Positions 1-13,315 of a stretch of 64,000 bases of DNA are shown in pieces (positions within the stretch are counted from its first letter, which is position 1; the number at the start of each line of letters is the position of its first letter). The DNA is taken from the NCBI RefSeq assembly GCF_009914755.1, contig NC_060928.1; one strand, written 5' to 3'. The stretch comes from the human T2T-CHM13v2.0 reference genome, Homo sapiens. Both the position numbers and the translations under genes were made by a program. The notes below the pieces were generated by a model. It did no database searches, was not told where the DNA came from, and saw only the letters and a program-made list of their open reading frames with translations.

Positions 1-218
1 CAAATTTACTGAATAACTGTTTAACTCTGCACTTCATTACGCCTGTCTGGGTACAAAGATGTACAGCTTTATGGATACTCCACAACTCTAAAAAAAATGT
101 AGAATTTTTTAGGTTGCTTTTTTTAGTTCATCAAATTTACTGGATAATGGTTTAACTCTGCACTTCATTTATGCCTGTCTGGGTAGAGAAGTACAGCTTT
201 ATCCATACTCCAAAACTC
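1..218. repeat. Imperfect tandem duplication, period 131 bp (copy 1 cut by the window edge)
   Basis: 1-88 (caaatttactgaataactgtttaactctgcacttcatt...gtacagctttatggatactcc) recurs at 132-218 with scattered substitutions. Confidence 0.9.
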
Positions 219-647
219 AGATTGGGTACTTGTCTACATAGAATATCTGATAGTTATACCTGGGTCAATTTATTTTACCCTGACACATTATTAGGGACAT
301 TGAATGCCCCCACCTTTCCAGATTGTTGACCAAGCGATTAATCATTGCTTGATTAATTTTTATTAGCAATATAAATGAGTAAACGAATCAAGTAAACAAT
401 GGTTCTATTTTGCCTTCCACATGATTAATCAATTTATAAGATTATTTTTACTTTTGAAAATTTCTTTTTATTTGCTCTCATAATTTCTAGAAGAAAGCAA
501 ATTATGAGTGTTTACCTTTTCCAAAAGTCTACCAAAAGGGCTTTGGTAATAAGATGATATTTATTCCTGGTAGACATCAAGCATGTAATCATTATTTTAA
601 GAAGAGCATTGAGAATCCTTTGCCTAGAAGACCTGTTGCATCTATAT

Positions 648-768
648 TTATTTCCTTCTTTTCTTTCTCCCTCTCCTCAACCCGGCTCTTTTCCTTCCCT
701 CTCCCTTCCTTTCATTACTACTTGCCTTTCTTTTCCTTCCCTTCTTTTCCCTTCCTTTTTTTTTTTTT
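648..768 (+). repeat. CT-rich low-complexity polypyrimidine tract
   Basis: Almost pure C/T run (ttccttcttttctttctccctctcc...). It explains the F/S/P/L-rich ORFs at 554 and 609. Confidence 0.85.
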
Positions 769-1779
769 ACATTGCATTCCTCTCCTCACTTTTCATACGG
801 TTGTACTAATACTCTCCTTACAGTCTGGGCCTCACAGGTAGAAAATCAAATGGATTTGAAGAAACAAATAGATCTGAGCCCATGTTCCTGAGGCACTACG
901 CTCTATCAAAAATAAACAAATAATAGGATCAGGCATTCAAACTGGTGTTCCCATCACACTTTGTATATTTATATTGCAAGTCTAACCCTTTTCATTCTAA
1001 AAATATACTATCAATATTTGCCTATCTTTCCTATTAGAAGGTAGTATCTAGAGTTTTTTCACTTACATTAGTATGTTTATTACTTAGCATGATACCTACT
1101 TGACCAAGCAGATTAATCACTGCTTAATTTTATCAGCAATATGGATGAATAAAAGAATCAATAAATAACCATTTTGCCTTCAGACAAAGGAGTCAATGAG
1201 TACATTCAGAAAGGACCAGCCATAGAATTCGTAATTGCTCTTTCCAGGACTCATGGTTAGATAAACATAAATATAGGGCCCTGCAAGCTTGCTGAAATAA
1301 AAAAAGTACATTGAGAAGATTTGCTCCAGGAAACCACTTTGTCTAATTGATGTATTGGTTTCCTTAGGGTCAGCATAAAATTAGTCCTTTAATTTGTTAT
1401 GGACTGTGATGATCAGAAATGTTCACTCTTTGTGGGTCTGTCTTCTGATGTAATTGCTACAGTCTTGAGTTCCTTAAAAAAAAAAAAAATCGATGATCCT
1501 TAAATAAATCTTGAGCAATGTTCAGGTGATTATTTCTGCTCCCACCATCTCTCTTGCCTTTCCTAATACCTTTTCCCTAAATAAAGCCTTTCTCTAACAC
1601 AACTTTTATCCAACTGGCTTTTAAGCAATTGAATTTTAGCTCTAGTGTCAGGGCATGTTCAGCTGCAACTTTGATGCAATAGTCTCCTCAGTGACTAGTA
1701 ATGAAACTGTATAGTAGCATCAGTGAACACTGAATAAAAATTTTATCAGTTTTCTCTCAGTTTACATTGATGGGGGAGC

Positions 1780-2215
1780 AAAGATAAAATGGTGACGTCA
1801 CTAATGTGAGAATTGCGATGTGTTAAAATTAATTCACAAAAATTTATATGTTTGTTTTCAAATGATATAAATATATTCAGTCTTCCTTAGCTATTTCTCT
1901 TGTCTTCTTTTCCACCTGATATTTTTCTGATACATATTTATTACTTTTCAATAAAAAGTGCTGTAAATCTTCAAGATAAAAGTATTATACACATCTTCCT
2001 TCTGTTCTTATGTGAGAATTTATCGAAAACAATGAGCATTAATTGGTGTGGCTGATTAATCTTTTATATCCCTGCCTACTACAGTTATGTAATTTCATAA
2101 TAATAAAAACCTGGAAATATATATTTTTTTGCTTTCATGAGGCGTTATTCACCAATTGCCCTGGCTTACGCGTGCCCTCCCCTCCACCCCCCAACACCTG
2201 CCACTCACACACACG
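1780..2215. promoter_or_regulatory. Possible cis-regulatory element (CRE palindrome, GATA, CCAAT, C-rich box)
   Basis: GTGACGTCAC at 1792-1801 next to AGATAA. CCAAT, ACGCGT and cccctccaccccc lie at ~2150-2192. Motif evidence only. Confidence 0.25.
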
Positions 2216-3349
2216 GATTTACTCTGTAGATCTATGGACTGCATTCTGCTATCCTTGAGTCTCTAAATCTTTCTTTATGAATTCTGGCTAGAGATTGTTT
2301 CAACATAGGAATTCACATGTTTTTTGCTCATATCATTTTTCTTTTCATTTTTGCATAAATTGTTAGAAATGTATTGGTTAAAAATTTTAAGTGCCCTTAA
2401 TTTTTTTAAAAAAGCTAGTATTTTTTCTGATGAAAAATAAATTTATACCTTCTTCCTTGAAATATGACATACAAAATTTAAAAAATGCTAGAACATAATT
2501 AACATGGGCCTAGCTGAGGACCAAACCATGAAGTAAAAGTGAAAGAATTAGCTCATAGTCCTACAAAATTCAGAATTGAATTAGTTAAAATATAAATCTA
2601 GTAAATCTAATCTATAGATTTTAACGCATCCTACATATTTGTATTTAATGTATATATTATTAAGGAAATTGTTTTTACCAGCATTGCACGTGTACCATTT
2701 CACATGCTATATTTCACAAGAAATATTGCTCAGCCTCCCCACTTTGTGTGTTAATATTCTCTAAAGAGCCCAGTTGCACTATCCAACTGAAAAATCACTT
2801 TAATCAGTCTGTTTAGTAGTGAGGACGAGGATAATTTAACTCTAGAGGATTCTTTCCACTTGACTAATAGATAGAGCCTCAGATCTCAACCCGCACTTTG
2901 AAAAAGCATTCTTAGGAACCCACGCCAACTGGACGACTGATGGGGTACTTCACTATTTTGTGGCAGGAAAATAGGAGTATGAACATCCCCCAACCATAAT
3001 GTGTCTACTAAATGAAAATACATGTTTTATTAGAATGAAAACCCACAGAGAGAGATTATACGAGGGCAGCAGTTTTCCCTTTCTGTTGTGCACACAAAGT
3101 AAACTGGAGCATGCTTAAGCGTGGACTCTAAAACCAGATACTCTAGGCTTGCTTTCTTCAAGGTATTTTTCCCTCATCTTTACATTATCTTTACAAAAAT
3201 TAAGGCCAATTACAGAGATTAAAAGAGTGAGAGTGGAGAAAGTACACAAATGCAAATATTTATACTTTAAGGATTCATGATATTAATAAAATTTTAGCCT
3301 ATGTTTTCAAATATCAATGCCAGCCCATTCAATACTTCTTCTGAGTTTA

Positions 3350-3542
3350 ATTTTTTGATGTAGCACTTACTGCTGTGCAATTTTAATATATTAACCCATT
3401 CTCCTGTTTATTATCTGCCTTTCCCCACTGGAATGTTGGCCCACATGGACAGGAAGTTGGTCTGTTTTGTTCATTGCTCTATGCACAGTAACTAAAAGAG
3501 CACCTGTACTTTATGGGAACTCAATAAACATTTGCTGAATTC
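3350..3542 (+). mobile_element. L2 LINE 3' end
   Basis: ccccactggaatgt...tctgttttgttcattgct...ctcaataaacatttgctgaat is the typical L2 terminus. Confidence 0.75.
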
Positions 3543-5149
3543 AGCCAGGAAGTCAGCCTCAGAATGGTCATTGGAAAAAGAGGAGTTTCAGTATGGGAGC
3601 TCAGGAGGACAGTTTACAAAGAAAGATCTCCATTCTCCTCCTCACAGATCTTCACGATCTGTCATAAATATTCTACGTGCCCAGATCTTTATAAGTATCT
3701 GTAATGAATGATGTTTACAGTAAGATAGATATTTTTCAAAGACAAAAATCCAATATTATTAGAAACTTCATGCCTCGGGCCTACATGTTGTGTAGTTTGT
3801 CATGAACTCTGTAACTGCTCATCTTTGCTTCTCATAGCGTACACATGTACATTCATTGTGCATATTGTTTTACGGAGAATTCATGCTTGGAAACATTTCC
3901 ATGAATTTTGGAGACACTGTAAGAAATCAAGTTCTTTATGCTGCATGGTCTCCTTTTACACCAAACAAATTATAAGGTAATGTTAACTTAGTATATTTAG
4001 GAAGAAAGAATAATGCTGAAATTTGCTGTTGTACTTCTAAGATGTTCAATTTCAGGATAGAGCAGCATGAATTTATTGAGTATCAATTAATGATATAAGG
4101 CAATTTAAGAGCATTATCTTAATGCTTAATCTTAGAATGTTTGTTTTAATATTATATGCTGAGGATGAAGCAATATTGAAGTGCTATAAGCTTCATTTGT
4201 ATTTAGCATAAAAGATTTTAAACTAATTAACCTAAAGGTGTCCAATAGGTTTTTCTTCTCTGTCTTTGTGTAGTTTAACATATATTGATGTTAAAACATA
4301 ATTATATTTACTTTTGCCTAGAGAAGTAACACCACTTGGGGAAAATATTTCTGAGAGATAAGAAATACCCTTTTATAATATTTTCATATGCTCACCAAAT
4401 CATTCTATTAGTTTGGCAAAATCCACAGACATTTATTTCCCACTGGCACTGGCTACACTGAACGTTTACCAAAGTCATTTCATTTTTAATGAGATTCTTT
4501 TGGCCTTGCTGTTTAAGCGCCAGAAAGTGCCAGAGGGTAAAGCTATACAGTAGGTTGAATAGTGTCTGACTCTGTCCAAAGACCCAGTTAGGAGAGTTTA
4601 GTCAGGGAGAAATTTTGTCCTAGATTAGTTGTTAATGTCCATGTAAAACCATAGAGTAATTGCGCATTTTAAAATTTACTTTGCTATAAGGCACTTGGTT
4701 TAAAATGTTTTTGGGAGTTCTGCCTTTATATTTCTAACAACGAAGTAACAAAAAAAAATCCAGATATCATCTGGTCTAAACCTATATTTAGGTTGAATGT
4801 GAAATAATCTAAGACAGATGGTGATCTGTGTTATTTTGGTAGAGTTTACTTCTTTGGCTTTAATTTTCACTGGCAGGTGGATTCAAAATTCAATCACAAT
4901 AAAGTTATTAATTTTAGATGTATTTTAAATAGAATGACTCCCACTATTTTCTCCTAGCATTATAATTTATGTTTTATATTCATTATCATGGTTTATACAT
5001 TTGGGCAAATCTCAATTTTCTGAATCTTGGTTCCATCTTTTAGAAAAAGATGGAGGTTTGTTGGGGAAGCTTAATGGTCAAAGTTGTGGATATAATAATA
5101 AACCAGATATAGGCTTAATTATGCCTATCTTTATTTACAGAAATTGAAA

Positions 5150-5352
5150 CAATTTTGAACCAACACTCAAAAATCATGAGATTTTAGTTCAAAATCTGAA
5201 TTCCCAGGTTCGTCTGGAAAATTGGAAAAGCTACAGATTAGAAGGCAACATTCTCACACAGTAATAATCATCTAGAGCCGATCACTGGCTGCTTGCTAGT
5301 TGGTCAGTTTCTATGACTTCCTCTTGCCTCTTCTCTCTGACACTGAAACTAA
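5150..5352 (+). mobile_element. MER102-like hAT-Charlie fragment, truncated at the L1 junction
   Basis: aaaatctgaattcccaggttcgtctggaaaattgg...cattctcacacagtaataatcatctagagccga...ctgacactga resembles the MER102b consensus as I recall it. Confidence 0.55.
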
Positions 5353-5368
5353 AGAAAATTTCTAAAGG

Positions 5369-6875
<1,507 letters not shown>

Positions 6876-7070
6876 GATCATTTTTTCAACAAATGGTGCT
6901 GGAGCAACTGAACATCCACAAGCAAAGAATAAAAAGGTTCTAAACACAGACCTTACACTTTCACAAACATCAACTCAAAATGGATCACAAACATATACGC
7001 AAAATGCAAAACTACAAAACTAGAAGACAACATAGGAGAAACTGAAGGTAACTTTGGTGATGACCTTTCT
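6876..7070 (+). mobile_element. Old L1M ORF2 fragment abutting the young L1 polyA
   Basis: ttttcaacaaatggtgctggagcaactg...caactcaaaatggatc...ctagaagacaacataggagaa is a diverged homolog of ORF2 (FNKWCW region). Confidence 0.8.
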
Positions 7071-8621
7071 TTAAATCACATTTTATCACAGTTTATTTGT
7101 AGAAGCAATTAGAAATCAAAATACTGAAAAATGCTTTGCTATACATAAAAAATTCCTATTTTTTTTAATTACAAGGTGATGCCTGTGCATGGATAAGGCA
7201 ATTTTTTTCTTACAATTTCTAAATATGAAGATAACTGGATTAAAACTATTAAAAATGGAATATTGGTTTCTTTCAGGCATTATTGGTTAAATTAGTGAAA
7301 TTCAAAGTGGAAAAATATGCTAGACATCTATTAAAATAGTCATTTCAGCTATGGTAGCTAATTACTCTTTTAGTAGGCATTTTAAGAGTCTTTCATAATG
7401 TATAGAAATTGAATGGCTATTAAATCATTTATTCATTTTTTTTAAAAGACAATTTCTTTTGTCATTGTGCTTTAAATTTTTTTCAAGTAGATACTATTTT
7501 TCTGTGTGTCTCTAACAGGAAGCTTATAAAACTTAAACCAAGAAGGATAAGCATTCATGGAAAATTAAAAGACCCTATTATTTAATAGAACTTAATAATA
7601 TTCTTATCTGTTTAATATGCAAACATAGTGTATCTATGTAAAAAGACTGCAATTTAAAGCCCCAATTCAAACAAACCATAGTAACGGAGATGAACTACAT
7701 TCAAAAAGATATATCATGAAAAACTTAATGAACTCAAAGGAAAAGGCTGACATTTCAGGAGGGTTTATTTTGAAATGCAAATAAGCACAAGCACTGCTGC
7801 TCTGAAAAGCAATTATATCACAAATGAATAATGAATTGTCATACATCAATACTTTTTTAAATGGTAATTTTTAGAGCTGTTCTTATTAAATGAAGAAAAA
7901 TTGCACATAGAAAAGTAACACATGGCAAATACAAGGGTAACTGAAATAACTGTTGCCCAGAAATTTGGAAACATGGATGAATACACCAAGTTCATATTAA
8001 GTTAAAAAAAAAGAAGTAACTGATTTTTACTGTTTTTATTCTCTGCTGATGTCTTACACATTTATGATACATCATCAGTGGAATTATGATGTCTCAAGAT
8101 ACTTGTGAACATGAGGTGTATGACTAAGACAAATTCATAAAATGATTTTGTGTGTGCGTGCACATGAGTGTGTTGTATAATTGCCGGAGTGTTTAACATA
8201 AAATTGTCAAGATTAATGACTAAAGGCAGTGTTTTGAAGATGTTCAGTTAATTTTGGACTTAATACGATTCTTAAATCCTATTTGGAAATGTTTAGCAAT
8301 GACAGAATAGCTACTCTCATTCAGCTCATCATTCGCCATGAATTACTTTACTTAAGAAGTTAAGCTGGAAATCATGCTGGTGTCAATGATTAAGCCAGAC
8401 ATTTGTGTACATTCCCATAGCATCCATGATCATCTTCTGAACTCTCTGGAAGAAGGATGATTTGTCACTTGATATTGAACAGATTCTTTGAAATGTAAAA
8501 TGTAGTGTTTATTTCATCTAAGATAAAAAAATTAATCTTAGCTCACAAGCAAAGACGGAATCAATGATAGTCTTTTCATCATCTAAATGCCTTATAGGAT
8601 GCCATCTCAATGCCTTAAAGG

Positions 8622-8656
8622 ATACTTTCCAGTTACAAGTAGTAACTGGAAAGTAT
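8622..8656. repeat. Perfect 15-bp inverted repeat with a 5-nt loop
   Basis: atactttccagttac-aagta-gtaactggaaagtat. Confidence 0.95.
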
Positions 8657-10294
8657 GACTTGCTTACCTGATTTCTCATGAAATTATGCCTTTGGTAAGC
8701 TCCTTGGTCAAGGATTAACCTGGCAAATACTTCTTGGCAGAAATCACCCTGTGGAGCTTAATAGGATTGCATGAATGGCATGTCTAATATCATAGAGTTA
8801 AGAAATAAAATGTTAAGAAAAGTCTCAGGATTAAAACTTTCTGACAATGACCTCACATTGTTAAATCACATAATATGACTAGGTAAGTCAAGAGCCAGAA
8901 TCAGAAGATACTTTACGCTGGCACAGTCCAATTCCAAAAATTAAATGTAACTTTTACTTAACTTAAATGTAAATGTAGCTTTGTGACTATTTTTTTCCAG
9001 TTATAAACTGAATAAAAGTAAGCAATGCTGCTAGTTAAGAGATTGAAAACAGAATTCTGTATACTGTGAAAGCACACCATAATGCAATGCATAAGAGCTG
9101 GCATCTTGGTGTAGGACATGTCAGGTTTATTTTTCCAAATCAAAGAAATTAACAATGTTGGAAGATATTTCTATTTTCATTTTTTGAGTTTTCAATTTCA
9201 GCTTTTAAATATCTCCAATAACATACTTACTCTTGTGGCAATATACTTATATTTCAGTACTAACAGTTCATACATCTTTCTGAGAGTTGACAATGTTTAC
9301 AGCTCATCAATTGCATTCATTTATATTACATGCTTTATCCATTAACGCAATACTTGTCTTTAGCTCTAAAGATGTCTGAGTCAGTATCTCTTAGGCTAAT
9401 GACAAGAGAAAAATTTGGAGAAAATCTAACTCATCCTAAACATAAGATGTCTATCCTGTATTTTAAAGTCCCCAGAAATGGGCTTTAATGGTGCTGTCAG
9501 AAACTTGTTAATTTTGATTTTCAAATGTGTTTATGTATGTGCATTTTCAATATGTACATATGTATGTATATCGTATATCTTAGCTTGTTGAACATCTATA
9601 TCTTTAATCATTTATGCTCCATTGAAATGATATAGATATGATCCTGTACGCTATGCTAAAACCATAGTCTAAGAGAAATGTATATAAAAGGCAAGGGCCA
9701 ACTTTCCACTAAAATTGCCATTTACTAGGTCAGGATATGTACACTTATTTGGAAGAAGACACAGCCACATGGAAAGAAAGGTTATGAAGTTCTATTTCTT
9801 ATAATTATTTAAACGAGTCTGAGATTATAATATTTCTCATATGTAGAAATGATTTAATATTCACTTAGACTTCTCTCAATGTATGGAACACATTTGAATA
9901 TAACATTCGTTTAATTAAACTATTTATTTAGAGTTTCCTTGAATGACTTTCTCTACAACCTGACTTCAACAGATAATTGACAATTCTACACATCCTTTTA
10001 TAAAACTGACTCCTAAATACAATTAATTAGTAAGCTTTGAAAAACTCCCACATCTCAAGGATGTTTTATAAAAAGACAAAGTTAATGATTTCAAATCTTA
10101 ATTTATATTAAATCAAACTATTCCCACCATCTGCAGAAAGAACTATCTTGCTTTAAAAATTGGAGAAACAGAAAATATAGCCACTCAATAACCACTGCAT
10201 CACTAACCTTTATGGTATATGACCTATGGTGCCATTTAGGGTCATGATCCCTTCTTTCATTCTTAGATAATATATCCATTGCTCCTATATGTAG

Positions 10295-11370
10295 AAGGAA
10301 CTATTTAGAGGCAAATGCTATTCAAGTACTGTTCCACAGAAATAGAAAGGTACAATGTCATGGTGTTTGGAAGTGAACTGATGATGCATTGCACTAGCAT
10401 ATAGAGACATTGTTCCCATAAAACTTGTAACATTATAGTTCAGGGACTATTTAACCTTTAATACAAATCATTTTTATTGTCCCAATAGAACTCGCAACAC
10501 TTTATTCTTTGCATTTCTCTTCAGCACTGTGTACCAACTACATTATTATTTTGTCAGGGTGGAAAGAAAAGACATGTTAAGTCTAATCCATGTGCAAACA
10601 CATCTGAAGAATATTTAGGAAGGTACACATCTCCATCAAATATAGAACATGAAGACTCAAAATTTGTCACTGATGACAGAATATTTCTGAAATAAAATGA
10701 TCTTCCAGACTTTCCTTTATTTTCAGAATTACGTAGAGTTTTCCGCTTTCTTTTACATGCTATCAGTGATGTGCTTTCAAATAATTCTAATAAAACAATT
10801 CTGCAACATTGAATAGGGAAAATGCCAGAATAAAGCTTACTGCCGCCAGTGTGTTTATTTTTCGTACTGTCTATTTGCTATTATTTATTTCTAAGTTTAT
10901 CTGGCAGAACTCGTCAGAAAAAACATAAAGTCAATTTATTTCTAAATTTTAAAAATCTTTTTTTGATAGGGACTTAAGTTCATTTACATTAGAATGTATC
11001 TTCTGAGGAAATTGGTTCTTCATCTTTTGCTAGTTTGTTTTGTCTTGCAATCACGTTCCTTACTCTTTTCTTTTTTACAGTTTGCCAAACACAAAATTTT
11101 CAAGGGGCATAGTATAGGGAAAAGGGGAAACAAAAAGAAATACAATATAACTAAATTAAGTGCTTTAAATTCCAGTGGGAAAATAAAAATGATTTGTGTT
11201 AAAGGTTAAATAGTCCCTAAACCATAATGTTAGAAGTGTTACAGGAATGATGTTTCTATATTCTTGTGCAATGCACCATCAATCTACAGCCAAATACCAC
11301 TGACATTGTATTTTCTTTTTTTATCTCTGCAGAACATTTGGATACCACTTACCTCTGAGACAGTTCTTTT
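10295..11370. repeat. Long inverted repeat: arms ~10295-10520 and ~11135-11370, spacer ~610 bp
   Basis: The reverse complement of 10379-10490 aligns ungapped to 11170-11281 at 96/112 identities (hand count). Gapped similarity continues outward. Confidence 0.92.
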
Positions 11371-12469
11371 GGAAATTATAAATATATTTCTTTCCGGGTA
11401 TCAAAAGAATCCACATCAACATGAAAGATGAAGTGTTGAATCTGAATTCACAGCTGCTTTATGCAATCTGGAAAAAGTACGGGATTTCTCATTTTAGTTC
11501 AGTTCTCAAAGCTTTGTAGATAGAGGCCTGAAATGATATATTTGAATTTTTAAAAATATTCTTCTTGTCTGGCTGTGTAAATGATTGCAATCAATCAGAT
11601 TTTCTTTGTTCAAGAAAAAAACATGAAATTACAATATGAATATTTTTCACATGTAATTCTAGTTATACAGTGGGCAATGACTGACAGCTTAACAATGTCC
11701 CACTGTGGCAAGAGTAATGTGTTATTTTGGGAAAAAATATTTTTACTTAAGAAAAGTTAACTTGCAATAAGTTGATTTTAAAAGTCTCCTTGGAAAATAA
11801 TTTTGAAGGTCACAAAAGTATATTTGGAGTCTATTATTTTACAATTTTATAAACTAATTTTAAAAAATGTATTAAGACCTTACCTGTTACAAAAACAGAA
11901 ATCTGCAGCAAAAATAAAATGATCTATTTCATGGTTGTTTATAATATACAAACATTTCAGAGAAGTATCATTGCCTATTTCAAAAGTGTTACATTAATTA
12001 CAAAACAAATTTTAAATATTGGAAAAATTATATTACAAAAATAAATTCCAATGGCAGGATAGATTATTATAATCAAATGGATGCATTTTTTTGCCATTTT
12101 GAAAGAAAAGCTATGTTCACTGGACGTTTTATAATTACACTGTTTCAACAAATCAAAACTAAATATTTTGTGATTTTGCTTGAAGATTCCAAAATGAGTT
12201 CAATTTTAAACTGTAAATATACAATATTTAATATAATTTCCCCCTTTGAGTTGGAGATTTTACTGTAAAATTTGTTTTATCCATAAAACAAATTTAGTAT
12301 AAATATTGTTGTAATCAAATATTATACAGAGTTTGAGAGTGATGTCCACAAAATGGTAAATAAAATAGAAGATCTCCGGCCATCACTCCTTTCAAAAGAG
12401 TACAACAGGAAACTATTCAAACCAAAATTCAAGGAAGTAGTGGAGAAATCCCTGGGTCCATGTGGAGTT

Positions 12470-12570
12470 TAGACTTTAGACTTTATCTTACATGCAATGG
12501 GAAGCTATTTACAGGTTTTAAGCAAATGATTATGTCTGTGTTTTAAAGGTATTATATTCTAGATGCTTCA
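12470..12570 (-). mobile_element. L2 fragment
   Basis: gactttatcttacatgcaatgggaagctatttacaggttttaagca is a typical antisense L2 segment. Confidence 0.65.
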
Positions 12571-13079
12571 TGGAATTACGTCATTTATACTTTATAAATC
12601 TATAATGTGTAACTGATTAAAAACAAGCTTGGAAACATAAACTCAAGTTAGAAAATATGGGTTTGACATAAAACCTTAAATGTGTTTCATTTGTTTGCTT
12701 GTTTGTTACTAACACAAGTTTAACCTACATGTGAGTCACCTTTGGATTGGTGAGTCTAGAGTTTGAAACAGACAATCTGGGTACATATATTTAGAGAAGG
12801 TCAGTCCGCAAATGATGCTTAATGATCCCTGGGTGATGATCACCTTAAGGAGAAAGTGCATGGAAAGAAAGGTCCACACATACTCTGAAAAACTTAAAAA
12901 TGGTCACATAAGAGGAGCAAGACTAAGACTCACATTTTCTCTACCTTGAAAGGGACAGAAATAGCCATATACATAGGAATAAATCATGTTTCTTATAATT
13001 ATTTATGGAGTCCAAGGATAGAAAGGATTTGCCAGGTAACCATTTAGTGTTTGCTGAATTTATAATGTGTGAAATTGAC

Positions 13080-13315
13080 AGAAGCCTGAGCTGTAGGGGA
13101 AAACCTGGAGAGTGAGAATAAGGGTCTTAAGAAGTAGTGGTTGTCTTGGTCAATGTTGAAAGGTCAAAAAAGTGAGAACTACAATTGGTCATTTGGATTT
13201 GGCTACATAGTCACTAGTGACTTCTGTAAAGAGCAGTTTCGGTGGAGTGTGGGGATAGGAGACCTACTGAAAATGCACCAGAGAATGAATAGGAGGTAGG
13301 GAAAGGGAAATAGCC
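13080..13315 (-). mobile_element. L2 fragment
   Basis: ggtcatttggatttggctacatagtcactagtgact...gagcagtttcggtggagtg is a typical antisense L2 segment. Confidence 0.7.

Noticed and set aside
554-841. 95-aa hydrophobic ORF
   Set aside because: It is the translation of a CT-rich low-complexity tract.
5032-5054. 10-bp hairpin tccatctttt-aga-aaaagatgga (also the cccctttaaagggg palindrome at ~28818)
   Set aside because: Short enough to be expected by chance in 64 kb of AT-rich DNA.
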